NCBI GenBank assembly: GCA_040217195.1
Contig: JAVJNR010000002.1
Location: forward strand, 416,001 to 480,000
Direction of reading: 5' to 3'
DNA: 64,000 bases
Source: Leptospiraceae bacterium
Lineage (GTDB): Bacteria; Spirochaetota; Leptospiria; Leptospirales; Leptonemataceae
Positions within the stretch are counted from its first letter, which is position 1. Every line of letters starts with the position of its first letter. Position numbers and translations under genes: made by a program. The notes under the pieces are model-generated. The model searched no databases. It saw only the letters and a list, made by a program, of their open reading frames with translations, and was not told where the DNA came from. Below are positions 35,897 through 46,372 of the stretch, piece by piece.

Positions 35897-38326
35897 ATGA
35901 AGAAACGGATTATAGCTTTATCTATTGTAGGTGTAGGATTGTTGCTCTATCTGGGAGCATATCTCTATCTCTACACCTTTGTTCCGGATCGGTCCGGAAC
36001 GGAGAAACTGACTGGTCTGAGTAGCGAAGTCCAGGTCTATTACGATTCCTACGGTATACCTCACATAGAAGCCACCAACCAGCAGGATGCTTTTCGTGCT
36101 CTGGGATACGTTCATGCCAGGGATCGTCTGTTTCAGATGGAAATGCTCCGTCGTGTTGCTCGTGGTCGATTGGCAGAAATCCTGGGGCCTGACCTTCTGG
36201 AAGTGGATAAACTATTTCGCACACTTCGCCTGGATCAGTTCGCAGAGACCTATGTTGCGAACCTGGATAAAGATCAGCCGTATGTAAAACTCAGCCAGTC
36301 CTACCTGGATGGAATTAATGCATATATCGAAAACGGTGAAATGCCTCTGGAATTTTCTATCCTGGGCATTGAACCCCGGCCATTTGAACTTTCAGACTCC
36401 ATTGCAATCGCTGGATACATGGCTTACACTTTTGCTGCAGCATTGAAGCAAGAGCCGCTACTAACCTATGTTCAATCAGAACTGGGCGAAAAGTATCTGG
36501 CAGATCTTAAATACGATTTGCATCCCAGCGGAGAGCTAAGTCCCAATCGTTTCAAATATGAAAAAGTAAATTCTGGCAATCCAAATGCCCGCGGCCCACA
36601 GAACCCTGAAGAGAAAGCAAGAATGGTGGCTCTGAATGAAATCGTGGGTCTGGCCCGTCGGGCCGATGTGTTTCGTCACTCAATTGGAATCTTCGAGGGC
36701 TCCAATGCCTGGGCAGTGGCTCCTAAAAAGTCCACCAATGGTCAGGCCATGCTGGCAGGCGATCCGCATATTTCCTTTTCACAACCCCAGGTCTGGTTCG
36801 AGGCTCATATCACAAGTCCGGGCTTTGAAATCTATGGTCACTATCTTGCAGGCATTCCCATGCCATTGCTGGGCCACAATCGCAACAAGGCCTGGAGCAT
36901 CACAATGTTCCAGAACGATGACATGGATCTCTATGCAGAATCATTGAATCCGCAGAATCCCGGTCAGACTCTGTTTCGCGGTCAACCTGAGGACATAGAA
37001 ACAGAAGAGGTGACGATTAAAGTTAAAGGTGAGCCGGATGTAAAATACACCGTGCGACGAACTCGTCACGGTCCTATATTAAACGATGTAGTAGATTCCA
37101 TAAAAGATAAGCCACCGATCAGTCTGAAATGGGCTTTCCATGATGAAAGTAACAGTGTGATAGAAGCATTCTATCTTATGATGCAATCGGCAAACATGGA
37201 GGAATTCGAAAAGGGTGTTTCTCTAATTGGCGCTCCTGGCCTGAACGTTATGTACGTGGATTCTGCGGGAAATATTTCATGGTGGGCCGCAGCAAAACTA
37301 CCCAGACGGGAAGCCGCAGCCAATCCATCTTTTATTCTGGAAGGTACCGGCGGACAGGAGTGGACCGGATATGTACCATTCGCGCAGAATCCGCAGAAAA
37401 AGAATCCGGAAAGTGGATACCTGATCACAGCCAATGAGCAGCCAAGAAATGAACAATACCCGGGTTATTACAATTTTGCATACCGTGCCTACACAGTGGA
37501 CAAATTTCTATCCTCAGAGGAATACGTATCTCCGGATGAAATGAAAGAATTGCAGGGCGATGTAAGCTTTACCTATGCCCTGGAACAAATTCGCATCATT
37601 CGAAGTGTAATTGAAAAGGATCTTCCGTCCAGAACTCAATCTAGAACTGCATTCGCATTCTTGCTTCGATGGGATGGGCAATATGGATCGGAATCTGTGG
37701 GAGCTTCCATTTTTACTGAGCTGCTCTATCAGATTGCCCGGGAAGCCACAGCGGATGAGTTTGAGGATGAGTTCTTCAAAGCATTTACCGGGTCTCGCTT
37801 CTATTTCGATTCCATGGGTGCCATTCTGGCCAATCCTGATTCTCCGTACTGGGATAATCGAAGCACGGATGCCAGAGAAACTCAAAAGGACATCCTGCTC
37901 AAAGCCTGGTCCAATACGCTTTCCGTACTGGATGATGAGCTGGGTTCTAATCCCGGAAACTGGGTCTGGCGTCGGCTACATACCGTAGAGTATGTCCATC
38001 CTGTGGGTCGCAAATGGCCATTCAATCTTCTGTTCAATGTTGGTCCGTTTCCAGCAGTGGGCTCAATAGAAACAGTATTCAATATGAATCACGGTCAGGG
38101 ATCCGGTCTTCATCGTGTAAAGAAAGGTCCATCGGCGCGAAGAATTATAGACTTTGCTGATCCGGCCAACTCCCTGGGAATTACTCCAACCGGAAACTCC
38201 GGAGTAGTCCTGGACCCCCATTACGATGACCAGGCCCAGACATTTCTCAAGAGACAGTATCGTCCTCAGATTCTGGACCTGGATGAACTGAAAAGTGAAG
38301 TGGATCCACTGCGGCTCATTCCTTGA
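35897..38326 (+). CDS. Penicillin acylase family (S45) Ntn-hydrolase
   Basis: 'YGIPHIEA', 'GYVHARDRLFQME', nucleophile 'GSNAWAV', 'LAGDPH' and 'PTGNSG....PHYDDQ'. Confidence 0.93.
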   Translation: MKKRIIALSIVGVGLLLYLGAYLYLYTFVPDRSGTEKLTGLSSEVQVYYDSYGIPHIEATNQQDAFRALGYVHARDRLFQMEMLRRVARGRLAEILGPDLLEVDKLFRTLRLDQFAETYVANLDKDQPYVKLSQSYLDGINAYIENGEMPLEFSILGIEPRPFELSDSIAIAGYMAYTFAAALKQEPLLTYVQSELGEKYLADLKYDLHPSGELSPNRFKYEKVNSGNPNARGPQNPEEKARMVALNEIVGLARRADVFRHSIGIFEGSNAWAVAPKKSTNGQAMLAGDPHISFSQPQVWFEAHITSPGFEIYGHYLAGIPMPLLGHNRNKAWSITMFQNDDMDLYAESLNPQNPGQTLFRGQPEDIETEEVTIKVKGEPDVKYTVRRTRHGPILNDVVDSIKDKPPISLKWAFHDESNSVIEAFYLMMQSANMEEFEKGVSLIGAPGLNVMYVDSAGNISWWAAAKLPRREAAANPSFILEGTGGQEWTGYVPFAQNPQKKNPESGYLITANEQPRNEQYPGYYNFAYRAYTVDKFLSSEEYVSPDEMKELQGDVSFTYALEQIRIIRSVIEKDLPSRTQSRTAFAFLLRWDGQYGSESVGASIFTELLYQIAREATADEFEDEFFKAFTGSRFYFDSMGAILANPDSPYWDNRSTDARETQKDILLKAWSNTLSVLDDELGSNPGNWVWRRLHTVEYVHPVGRKWPFNLLFNVGPFPAVGSIETVFNMNHGQGSGLHRVKKGPSARRIIDFADPANSLGITPTGNSGVVLDPHYDDQAQTFLKRQYRPQILDLDELKSEVDPLRLIP

Positions 38327-38334
38327 TCGTTTCT

Positions 38335-38360
38335 TTCCGGGCTTCTCGGGAGGCCCGGAA
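38335..38360 (+). terminator. GC-rich hairpin after the acylase gene
   Basis: TTCCGGGCTTC-TCGG-GAGGCCCGGAA; weak U-tail. Confidence 0.45.
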
Positions 38361-38543
38361 TTGCTGTGAGCGGCTGCGCGATGTTCCAATAGCTCATGAG
38401 CCAACAGTCACCGGGTTCGGGTGCGAGTTCCATTTTCGGTCCGCCCCGTCCTGCTTCATTAGTTGCGGATGGCCGCTCATGATCCTACATCGGTTTCCCT
38501 AAATTTTGAAGTCTGTTCAGGCCAGCTTTGTTTATTTACGCAT

Positions 38544-39377
38544 ATGGCAATGTATATAGCACCCTATGCCAATCAGGTATCTGGCGAATTTGATGGCGGA
38601 AAGATTCTGGAAAAAAAGCCACTGGGCTTTCCCCAGGAAGGCGGAGGAATACCTTATATTTCCAGCCTTTTCTACTGGGCCTGCGCCTGGAGTGATGAAG
38701 GTGGGCTGATCGCAGAACATCCGCACCAGGCTTTTGAAATCATTTCCTTCGTACTGGATGGAGAAATCGAGCACTATGACAATCAGCTGCAAGGCTGGCA
38801 GAAACTGAAGGCCGGCGATGTGCAGATTATTCGCTCAGGCTCCGGAATAAGTCATGCCGAACGGCTGAACGCAGGAAGCCGAATGTTTCAGATCTGGTTT
38901 GATCCCCATGTAGATCAAGCAGTGACTCAGCCGGCTACCTACGACGATTATCGCGCGGATCAATTTCCGGTGCATACTTCCGACGGTGTGGAGCAGACCA
39001 CGATCATTGGGCCCGGCTCACCGTTTAAGATGCAGAGCCCGGTGGAGGTCTATCGACGGAAATACGATGGAGGGTCGCTGGAGCTTGACCTGAATGTGGG
39101 TCAGGTAATGGCCATGTATGCTCTGGATGGAAACTTTGAGTTCCAGGATGTACAGACGCCGGATGGGCAGAAGGCCATGCTGGGCAAAGGAGATACTTTT
39201 GTATGGCAACCGGAACCGGCGGGAACTGCTGATACGGCCGATTCTCCGGAGACTCAGCCCACGCAAACACTGAGGCTACAGACCGCAGGTCCCGCTGAAC
39301 TGTTCATTGTTCAGATGCCTGTGGATCCTGGCTATCCTGTGTACACGCAGAGATTTCAGGCGGCCCCGGCAAGATAA
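38544..39377 (+). CDS. Pirin family protein
   Basis: 'HPHQAFEIISFVLDGEIEHYD', 'AGDVQ...GSGISHAE' and 'FQIW'. Confidence 0.9.
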   Translation: MAMYIAPYANQVSGEFDGGKILEKKPLGFPQEGGGIPYISSLFYWACAWSDEGGLIAEHPHQAFEIISFVLDGEIEHYDNQLQGWQKLKAGDVQIIRSGSGISHAERLNAGSRMFQIWFDPHVDQAVTQPATYDDYRADQFPVHTSDGVEQTTIIGPGSPFKMQSPVEVYRRKYDGGSLELDLNVGQVMAMYALDGNFEFQDVQTPDGQKAMLGKGDTFVWQPEPAGTADTADSPETQPTQTLRLQTAGPAELFIVQMPVDPGYPVYTQRFQAAPAR

Positions 39378-39512
39378 TAGAGGCCAGGCAACCGGGGCTG
39401 GCCGTCCCACTACAAGAATTATATCCTTCCGCCAAATCGGGTAGGTCCGAATATTCAAAACAGGTTGACCCTTTCTCCGACGACTTTCATGTTCGGCTCT
39501 GGTGGATACTCT

Positions 39513-40322
39513 ATGAATTGGATACAGAACATACTGGTAGGATTTCTCTTTTTTGGAGCTCTCTTCCTGGTAGGATATTTCACTATTGTGTCCGAAAGCG
39601 GTCCGTTCGCCCGTCCAGGAAAGCGAATGGTATTTTATTTCGATCATGCAGACGGTATTAAAGAGGGCTCCCGTGTTACAGTACTGGGTGTACCTTCCGG
39701 TTCGGTGACAGGAGTCGACCTGGTTACCGTGAATGGTCGGGGCGATGTTGTGGAACCAGACTCTCCGGATCGAATTCGCCAAATTGTGGCCGTTACAATC
39801 GAGCTCAAGAAGCAGGTGGTCTTCTATGAGAACTACCGCATTGCAATTAAGAATGAAAGTTTACTGTCCGGTAAAGTGGTTTCTGTGGATCCGGGTTCTT
39901 CGGCCGCCGGAGAAGGGGAGAATCCGCAACAAATCCCGGTCTTCTCTGTGGACAGTGCAGTCCTTTCCAGTACAGGACAGTCGGCGCTGGAGTATCAATT
40001 AACCAGTTCTTCCGGTGACAACTATGTGGATCTAAAAGGCGAAAGCAGTGGAGATCCAATAGCTGGATTTTCAGAACTTATAGCAGAAAACCGCGCCGAT
40101 CTTCGCAGAACCGTTCAAAATGTGGCCGAAATCACGGATAAAATAAATCGTGGTGATGGAACCATTGGAAAGCTCATAAATGACCAGGAATTGCACAACA
40201 ATGCAACCACTCTGGTTACAGAAGCACAGGTTGTTGTGCGAGAAGTTCGCGAAAGTCTGGAAGATACACGGGAGCAGGCACCAGTAACCTCTTTTGTCCG
40301 GGCAGCGCTTACTGCCTTTTGA
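39513..40322 (+). CDS. MlaD/Mce family protein
   Basis: N-terminal TM; 'FDHADGIKEGSRVTVLGV..G.V', 'SLLSGKVV.VDPG'; helical tail 'GDGTIGKLIND'. Confidence 0.88.
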   Translation: MNWIQNILVGFLFFGALFLVGYFTIVSESGPFARPGKRMVFYFDHADGIKEGSRVTVLGVPSGSVTGVDLVTVNGRGDVVEPDSPDRIRQIVAVTIELKKQVVFYENYRIAIKNESLLSGKVVSVDPGSSAAGEGENPQQIPVFSVDSAVLSSTGQSALEYQLTSSSGDNYVDLKGESSGDPIAGFSELIAENRADLRRTVQNVAEITDKINRGDGTIGKLINDQELHNNATTLVTEAQVVVREVRESLEDTREQAPVTSFVRAALTAF

Positions 40323-40486
40323 TTACTGAGCCCGGATCATAGTCTTTCAGTTGCTTAAACTTCGGATGGATCCATCCATTCTGGACTGATCCACTGGTAA
40401 GCTAACCAGCCCGCTTTCAACGGTCACTATGTGATTCTGTCAAAAGTTAGTTGTATCGTACAGCGTTCTCTGTTTTATGAATTCAG

Positions 40487-42043
40487 ATGAATGAAACAGA
40501 AATCATCAGTCGGCGTCGGGGACCAGTAGTAGTAAATCGCATTCGATTTGGACTTATTGCCCTATTCTATGCTTCTGTTGGAATCACTTATGCAACCAAT
40601 TCACCGGCTCAAAATGTAGCCTATCTTACTGGAATATCTGCAATGGTGGTCTATGCCTTGATTTTCTGGTTCTGGAATCGGAAAGGATTGGTGCCCGCCT
40701 GGTTTTCCCGAGGAATGCTTTTGTTGGATATTCTGGTACTGCTTTCTACAATGGTGCCGGGAGTCATTCGAGATAAATACGGGGCCTACGATATCAGCCA
40801 GTCCCATGTGCTGTATCTTATCTATATCATCTATATCTTTAATTCTGCATTCTATCTTTCCAGAAGGTTCGTTTACGTTACAACCGGTGTGGCCCTTACT
40901 GCCTATGCAATCGTATTCATACTGGCCACCCAGAGTGGAATGAACTTTACCATGGAGCCGCCGGCGGATGATAAGTTTGAACTGGCTCTCTCCAATGAAA
41001 TCACCAAACTAATATTCATAGTTGCCTGCGGCTATATTGTATCGCAGATCATGGCCGTACTTCTGCGACTATATGCCTATTCGGCGGAAACCCGGGAGGT
41101 GGCCGAGCAGTCAGTGGCTGAGCTGGAAGAAAGGCAATCCCAGCTAGAGCATGCAGCACAGACAGCTGAAAGTACCGTTCAGGGATTTCAGGACTTTAAC
41201 AATCGATTCGCGGGCCTGATAGAAAAGCAGACCGATTCCTTTGCCACGATTACAGAATCCATTGATTCTATGTCAGAAAAGAGCCACGAGCAGGTGGCCA
41301 CCGCCAACTTTCAGAAGGATCAACTGGGCCAGCTGAATACCAAAGGGGAGCATTTTGATTCTCTACTTAAAGAAATCACAACTTCCACCGGTGAACTGAG
41401 TGATCGAATGCGAAGCACATCTGAAGCGTCTGGAAAAGTAGTGCAACAGGTGGAGAATCTAAATCAGGTATTCGATGCCATCCGGGCCTCTTTCGATTCT
41501 GTAGGAGATGCCACCGATATCCTCACCGAAGTGTCTGAAAGGACGAACCTGCTTGCTCTTAACGCTGCCATTGAAGCGGCGCGAGCGGGGGATCAGGGAA
41601 GGGGATTCGCAGTAGTGGCCCAGGAAGTGGGTAAGCTGGCCGGAAGCAGCCAGGAAAATGCAAATCATATTGCATCGCAGGTGGAAGCGGTTCGTTCTCA
41701 GTTGCAGCAAGCCGTGAATCTTGTTACCGAAACAGTATCTCTGACTGAACGGCAGTCCCAGGTATTTGAGGAGACTCAGAGCTATTTTATTCGCCTGGAA
41801 GAATTGATTGAAAAACAAAGGCGGGCCGATGCGGATTTTGCCAGTACGTTAAACGAACTTGAGCGATCCATCGATACCATGTCTTCCGGGACCGAAAAGC
41901 AACAGGAGCTGGCCCGGAGTATCGAAAACAGTATTCGCAGCTTTGCTGAGATTCATGATTCTGTGGCCGAAGAGTCCCAGAAGATTCAGGAAATGATAGA
42001 ATCTCTTTCCACCGAAGTGAAGCGAATGCAGGGCGCTCCTTGA
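40487..42043 (+). CDS. Methyl-accepting chemotaxis protein with ~6-TM N-terminal domain
   Basis: '[30 protein letters not shown]'; same architecture as 4919..6511. Confidence 0.93.
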   Translation: MNETEIISRRRGPVVVNRIRFGLIALFYASVGITYATNSPAQNVAYLTGISAMVVYALIFWFWNRKGLVPAWFSRGMLLLDILVLLSTMVPGVIRDKYGAYDISQSHVLYLIYIIYIFNSAFYLSRRFVYVTTGVALTAYAIVFILATQSGMNFTMEPPADDKFELALSNEITKLIFIVACGYIVSQIMAVLLRLYAYSAETREVAEQSVAELEERQSQLEHAAQTAESTVQGFQDFNNRFAGLIEKQTDSFATITESIDSMSEKSHEQVATANFQKDQLGQLNTKGEHFDSLLKEITTSTGELSDRMRSTSEASGKVVQQVENLNQVFDAIRASFDSVGDATDILTEVSERTNLLALNAAIEAARAGDQGRGFAVVAQEVGKLAGSSQENANHIASQVEAVRSQLQQAVNLVTETVSLTERQSQVFEETQSYFIRLEELIEKQRRADADFASTLNELERSIDTMSSGTEKQQELARSIENSIRSFAEIHDSVAEESQKIQEMIESLSTEVKRMQGAP

Positions 42044-42157
42044 TTATCGCCAACAGGGCAGCCAGGGCAGCATTGCTAATTATTCTCGGTTAGTATTCGG
42101 CTGGCCTGGAGTTCAACAGAGACGTCCAGAATGAGATGACATCTGTTCAGTCCAGAT

Positions 42158-42616
42158 TTGCAATGTCGCATGCTGGAATCCGAACTGCACTTTGAGCTGA
42201 TTCATGACCCTAACCCGGAACTGCAGGAGTCTCTCTGGAAGCGACTCCATGAGTCCAGCATTGAGAAGTTGAGTCCTTCGGATCCTCAAACCACACAGTC
42301 ACTGGCCATATGCGTTACCCGAAATCAGGAATTGCGGGCTGGGCTGCTTGCCATCTGCTATTTTGGCGGAATGAATTTACAATGTCTGTGGGTGCATCAG
42401 GAAGAACGTGGTCAGGGCCTGGGAGAACAGCTTCTGGCCAGAATCGAAACCATATCCAGGGAATTAAGATGCAACATAATCTGGGGACATACATTCGGCT
42501 TTCAGGCCAGGGACTTTTATCTAAAGAACGACTATTTGGAATTCGCAACACTACCGGACTATCCACCAGGTCATGGCTGTAGTTTTCTAAAGAAAGAACT
42601 GGTTTCCGGGGAATAA
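42158..42616 (+). CDS. GNAT family N-acetyltransferase
   Basis: 'LWV..EERGQGLGEQLL' and 'TFGFQARDFY.K..Y'. Confidence 0.9.
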   Translation: MQCRMLESELHFELIHDPNPELQESLWKRLHESSIEKLSPSDPQTTQSLAICVTRNQELRAGLLAICYFGGMNLQCLWVHQEERGQGLGEQLLARIETISRELRCNIIWGHTFGFQARDFYLKNDYLEFATLPDYPPGHGCSFLKKELVSGE

Positions 42617-42638
42617 TCCGACCGGGCATTAATCCGAT

Positions 42639-43436
42639 CTAAAAATTCATTCCGGTTCCGAATTGAATCCCAAGGGATCGTACCACAGGGCTGCCATTTC
42701 CAGGCACCGCCGATCCAGGATAGGTTAGAAACGTCTGAGTTAAATCCACTTCAGCGAACAGGTAAGTATCGGTGAAGTAATAGCGGGTACCTAATTCCGC
42801 CCCCAGGCGAGCAATGGTGGCTCCTCCGCCATAGTTTCCAATGCCCACAGATCCGTTTATGTAGGGATCAAAGGAACCTGTTTCCCAGGAAGGAAATCTA
42901 AGCCCCGCTTTAAAGTCCAGGGTATTGAATCGCTCGAATTCCTTCCGGCCTCGGCGAAGGGAGGCAATGTCCGACAGGCGAAAGTAAGCCTGCAAAGTCT
43001 GGGATGCGGTCGGATCATCTACAAAGAATCCGGATGCATTTAGAATTTCGAATTCTGGATCCGGTGGAGTGGTGCGCACATTTTCCAGTATGACCGATAG
43101 GCTATTGATGCCTGCGCCCAGAAAGAGCCAGTCTTGAACATAATAGCCCAGAGTAAAATCCAGCATTACCGAAAACTCAGTGGGGCGACTTCTATCAGCA
43201 GCAATGGCCAGGGCCAGGGCCCTATCTACAGAATCTCCAGAATTGCTCAGTCGAATCACCTGCAGCCCACTGCCCAGAGGGTCCTCTGTGATCTGCTGAA
43301 CCAGCTCCCCGGAGGGTTGGCCCACTCCAAGCCCGAATTGACCGAATAGATCTCCCTTCTCCGGATTGGCCTGCACTGAGAGAGGGCTGATGAGCTCCAG
43401 GCTCATAAAGCAAATTAGTGTTCTGAAAATGTTCAT
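42639..43436 (-). CDS. Putative outer-membrane beta-barrel protein
   Basis: Signal peptide; alternating strands, 'FDPYINGSVGIG'; C-terminal 'GIQFGTGMNF'. Confidence 0.72.
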   Translation of the reverse strand: MNIFRTLICFMSLELISPLSVQANPEKGDLFGQFGLGVGQPSGELVQQITEDPLGSGLQVIRLSNSGDSVDRALALAIAADRSRPTEFSVMLDFTLGYYVQDWLFLGAGINSLSVILENVRTTPPDPEFEILNASGFFVDDPTASQTLQAYFRLSDIASLRRGRKEFERFNTLDFKAGLRFPSWETGSFDPYINGSVGIGNYGGGATIARLGAELGTRYYFTDTYLFAEVDLTQTFLTYPGSAVPGNGSPVVRSLGIQFGTGMNF

Positions 43437-43619
43437 TCTTGGTATAAGATCTGCGCTCCGGACGCTCGGTCCATCGGCGAATTCCCTGGAAGTTAGATAA
43501 TTAAAAGTGCATCCCTGGAATCCAATGATTTTCTTATGAGTAAGCTAGCTGCCCTGTGGCTCCGGTAGTTCCGAGCGAAAAAACCTGGTCAGCCAAACTG
43601 CAATGCATCCATTGACTTC

Positions 43620-44309
43620 ATGCTTCTTATTGTAGGCGCCTTTCCTCCGGAAACCGAATTGCTTGAGGATCTGGTAGGACCGGGTCTGGTAGTGCAATCC
43701 GCAGGAATTGGTCCGGTGGATGCCATACTTGGATTGGAAGCTCTGGTCACCGAGTTTGCGCCGGATGAGGTAATTTTTCTGGGCTCCTGCGGTCAGTACC
43801 GGGGGAGCCCGGAATGTCATTTCATTCAAGGGCAGCTTTTCACCTATCTGGATCCGGCCAGCATTCTGGGTCGCAGTCGAATGGTGCCTGCCATGCGAAA
43901 GTACTCAATGCCCCGCCCGGGGGAATTCGCCACCCTTTGCATGGAATCCGGAGAGTTTACGCCTGCCATTGTTAATACCACTATGTCTCTGTCCCTGGAA
44001 GCCCATGGGATGTCCTACTCGTTGCTGGAGCAAGCCATTGAAGGTCTGGAAAGTCTTTCATCAACCGATGCAAAAATGACACCATGGATTGGCTCGAGGG
44101 AAATAGGGAGTTTGTCGGTTACGGAGAATCTAGAAGTTTTTGGAATGGCCCGCTTTTGCGAGATACATAAGATCGGATTCTCATCCCTGATGGCGGTTAC
44201 CAATCAGGTTGGACCGGATGGTTCGGCGCAGTGGGCCAGAAATTATCAGTCCATGGGCCGGCAGCTTCAGGAAAAAGTGCGCCGCCTGGTCGAAAAAAGA
44301 AAGGGGTGA
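43620..44309 (+). CDS. Nucleoside phosphorylase/nucleosidase superfamily protein (MqnB/MTAN-like)
   Basis: 'AGIGPVDA', 'PDEVIFLGSCG', 'ENLE.FG.A' and 'AVTNQVG'. Confidence 0.72.
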   Translation: MLLIVGAFPPETELLEDLVGPGLVVQSAGIGPVDAILGLEALVTEFAPDEVIFLGSCGQYRGSPECHFIQGQLFTYLDPASILGRSRMVPAMRKYSMPRPGEFATLCMESGEFTPAIVNTTMSLSLEAHGMSYSLLEQAIEGLESLSSTDAKMTPWIGSREIGSLSVTENLEVFGMARFCEIHKIGFSSLMAVTNQVGPDGSAQWARNYQSMGRQLQEKVRRLVEKRKG

Positions 44310-44348
44310 TTGAAGAACCATTCATGCCACGGTCGATAGGTACATTCG

Positions 44349-44654
44349 GTGGCAGACATGGATGGATATCGCTTTCGGATTCAGCTCACGGTAGCTGTAT
44401 ATAAACAAAAGAGACTGACCTATAAGAACGACATGATCGTTCCTACGGTGTATCATCGGCGATCGGAAGCCCGGGCTCACATTAAGAGAGAGCTCCAGGA
44501 CAGGCTCAAGAATACCGATTTCTTTGTCTCTCCAAGGGTGGACTACGACCTGGTGCGATATACCAACGAAGCCTCCTGCAATACATATTTGCGGTATCGA
44601 ATTGTAGAAGATAAAAAGGCCGCTACTTTGCAGACCGATCTACTTCAAAGATAG
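44349..44654 (+). CDS. Small basic hypothetical protein
   Basis: 101-aa ORF co-oriented with its neighbours; Arg/Lys/Tyr-rich. Confidence 0.7.
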   Translation: MADMDGYRFRIQLTVAVYKQKRLTYKNDMIVPTVYHRRSEARAHIKRELQDRLKNTDFFVSPRVDYDLVRYTNEASCNTYLRYRIVEDKKAATLQTDLLQR

Positions 44655-44743
44655 GCAGCCATGCCCGGTCCTGATCCTCAGCGGAAATTGACAGTCCGTC
44701 TGTAATTGGTTGACCAGGCGCGGAGGCAAGGAATCTTATATCG

Positions 44744-46327
44744 ATGCCCCCGGCCCCGCTGGATACAGTTTCCGATCCAGAACTTAAGGCACATCTACTT
44801 GCCTATTTCAAGCTCATCCAGTCCGTACTGGGTAAACGGCCAGGTACGCCCGAGCAGAAAAGACAGGTCTACCAACAGCTTCAGAAGCATCTGATTGAAA
44901 AAGCCCATTCGGTTGATGATCTAATCGAAGAAATACCCCGGATGGCCTCGACCATGGGGGTTCCGCCGCAGAATCTATCTTCTTTCATATCACAGAATTT
45001 CTTCAAGGCGCTGGAAATAGCCCGCCAGGATATTCAGAAATCCGGTACTGAGTCCGGCGAATCTAAAGGCCCGGCCCAGGCAGTCACAAAGGATCCGGCC
45101 CGTGATCACGATTTGATCGGCGAACTACTGGAGACATTTGGCCCTATTGTGCAGGCCCCCAATAAGTTTGTTCCCGGAGAAATGGGGGCCATCAAGATGA
45201 TGACTCCCAACGGTGAGAAGTTACCTTCATCGCTCACTGGTGGGTCCTCTGAATCCGAGGATGCAACCGCCGGGTCTTCCAAGCCCGCTGCAACGGATCA
45301 GGGCCCGTCAAAGGAATCTACTACGAGTGGACCTTCCAGTGCAACATCAGCGAAGAAAGTCACTGGAAAGGGTCCTGGCATTCTGCCTCAAAAAGATGAG
45401 CCTCTGATTCAAGAGATACTCAATAAATTCGGAAATCATCTGGATGTGCATGAAAAGCTGGAGCCCGCAGCCTTTCCCAGGAACTTCAAACCATCATCGT
45501 CTGAAGAATCAACGGCTGCTTCCGATGACAGTGCTGGCTCCGGCGATTCAGCACCGAGCCCGGCGCCGGCCGGGGTAAAAACAAATGCAGTTCCCAAAAG
45601 CGCGGGTCCGGTAATTGAATGGCCGGATGAAGACATAGGATTGATCCAGGAAATACTGGAGAGCTTTGGCAATGACCTGGCGGTCCACGGACGACTGGAG
45701 CCATCCGACGGACTGGCTACACCAGGCTCCGCTTCCCGAAAGCAAACGTCGGAACCAGCATCGCAGACTGCAGCGATTTCCACTCCTGCAACGGAACTGG
45801 ACAAAGCGCCTCCTTCAGCTCCTATCTCTTTCGCACGCTATACGGAAATTCGCGGGCAGCTGGCCAGGTTCCAGAAGTCCGGGGATCAGCAGGGCTATCG
45901 TCAGTATCTTCAGGATCTAGGCGAAGAGGAAAAGCTGGTTGTCCCTCTTCGCAATCTGGAAAACAAGTTACAAAAAAATCCTTCGCTTAAGGCATCGGAT
46001 GAGATCTATCATTTGTCCACTCAGCTGGGTGTATCCGCGGAGAAGCTAGCTGGTTTTAGAAGTGCAATGCTTCGCTATGATCGGATTCAGCTATTGCTCA
46101 ATGACTTTGTGCAGAGAGTTAAAAAGGGACCGGCTCCGCTTATGAAGGCTGTTCAGTCCATCTGGAGTCAGGTGCGCCTGCTGCTAAACCAGGTAGATCA
46201 GCCAGAATCCATGCGAAGTCAGATGAAATTCTTACTTCTGGGAATTCAAGATCCGGAAGTAAAGAAAAAGACACAGGAAATTCTGGAAAGCCTATTGAAC
46301 CGGGCTCATAGCATATACTCTGAATAG
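44744..46327 (+). CDS. Hypothetical protein with three internal motif repeats and low-complexity linkers
   Basis: 527 aa; helical termini; three copies of D..LI.E(I/L)L..FG. Confidence 0.8.
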   Translation: MPPAPLDTVSDPELKAHLLAYFKLIQSVLGKRPGTPEQKRQVYQQLQKHLIEKAHSVDDLIEEIPRMASTMGVPPQNLSSFISQNFFKALEIARQDIQKSGTESGESKGPAQAVTKDPARDHDLIGELLETFGPIVQAPNKFVPGEMGAIKMMTPNGEKLPSSLTGGSSESEDATAGSSKPAATDQGPSKESTTSGPSSATSAKKVTGKGPGILPQKDEPLIQEILNKFGNHLDVHEKLEPAAFPRNFKPSSSEESTAASDDSAGSGDSAPSPAPAGVKTNAVPKSAGPVIEWPDEDIGLIQEILESFGNDLAVHGRLEPSDGLATPGSASRKQTSEPASQTAAISTPATELDKAPPSAPISFARYTEIRGQLARFQKSGDQQGYRQYLQDLGEEEKLVVPLRNLENKLQKNPSLKASDEIYHLSTQLGVSAEKLAGFRSAMLRYDRIQLLLNDFVQRVKKGPAPLMKAVQSIWSQVRLLLNQVDQPESMRSQMKFLLLGIQDPEVKKKTQEILESLLNRAHSIYSE

Positions 46328-46372
46328 CTCTTTAGAATTCCCATTAATTAGATTCCAGATGTAAGGGCCGGT

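Noticed and set aside
40364..40377. 14-bp palindrome GGATGGATCCATCC upstream of the MCP
   Set aside because: Single occurrence with no supporting context; could be chance.
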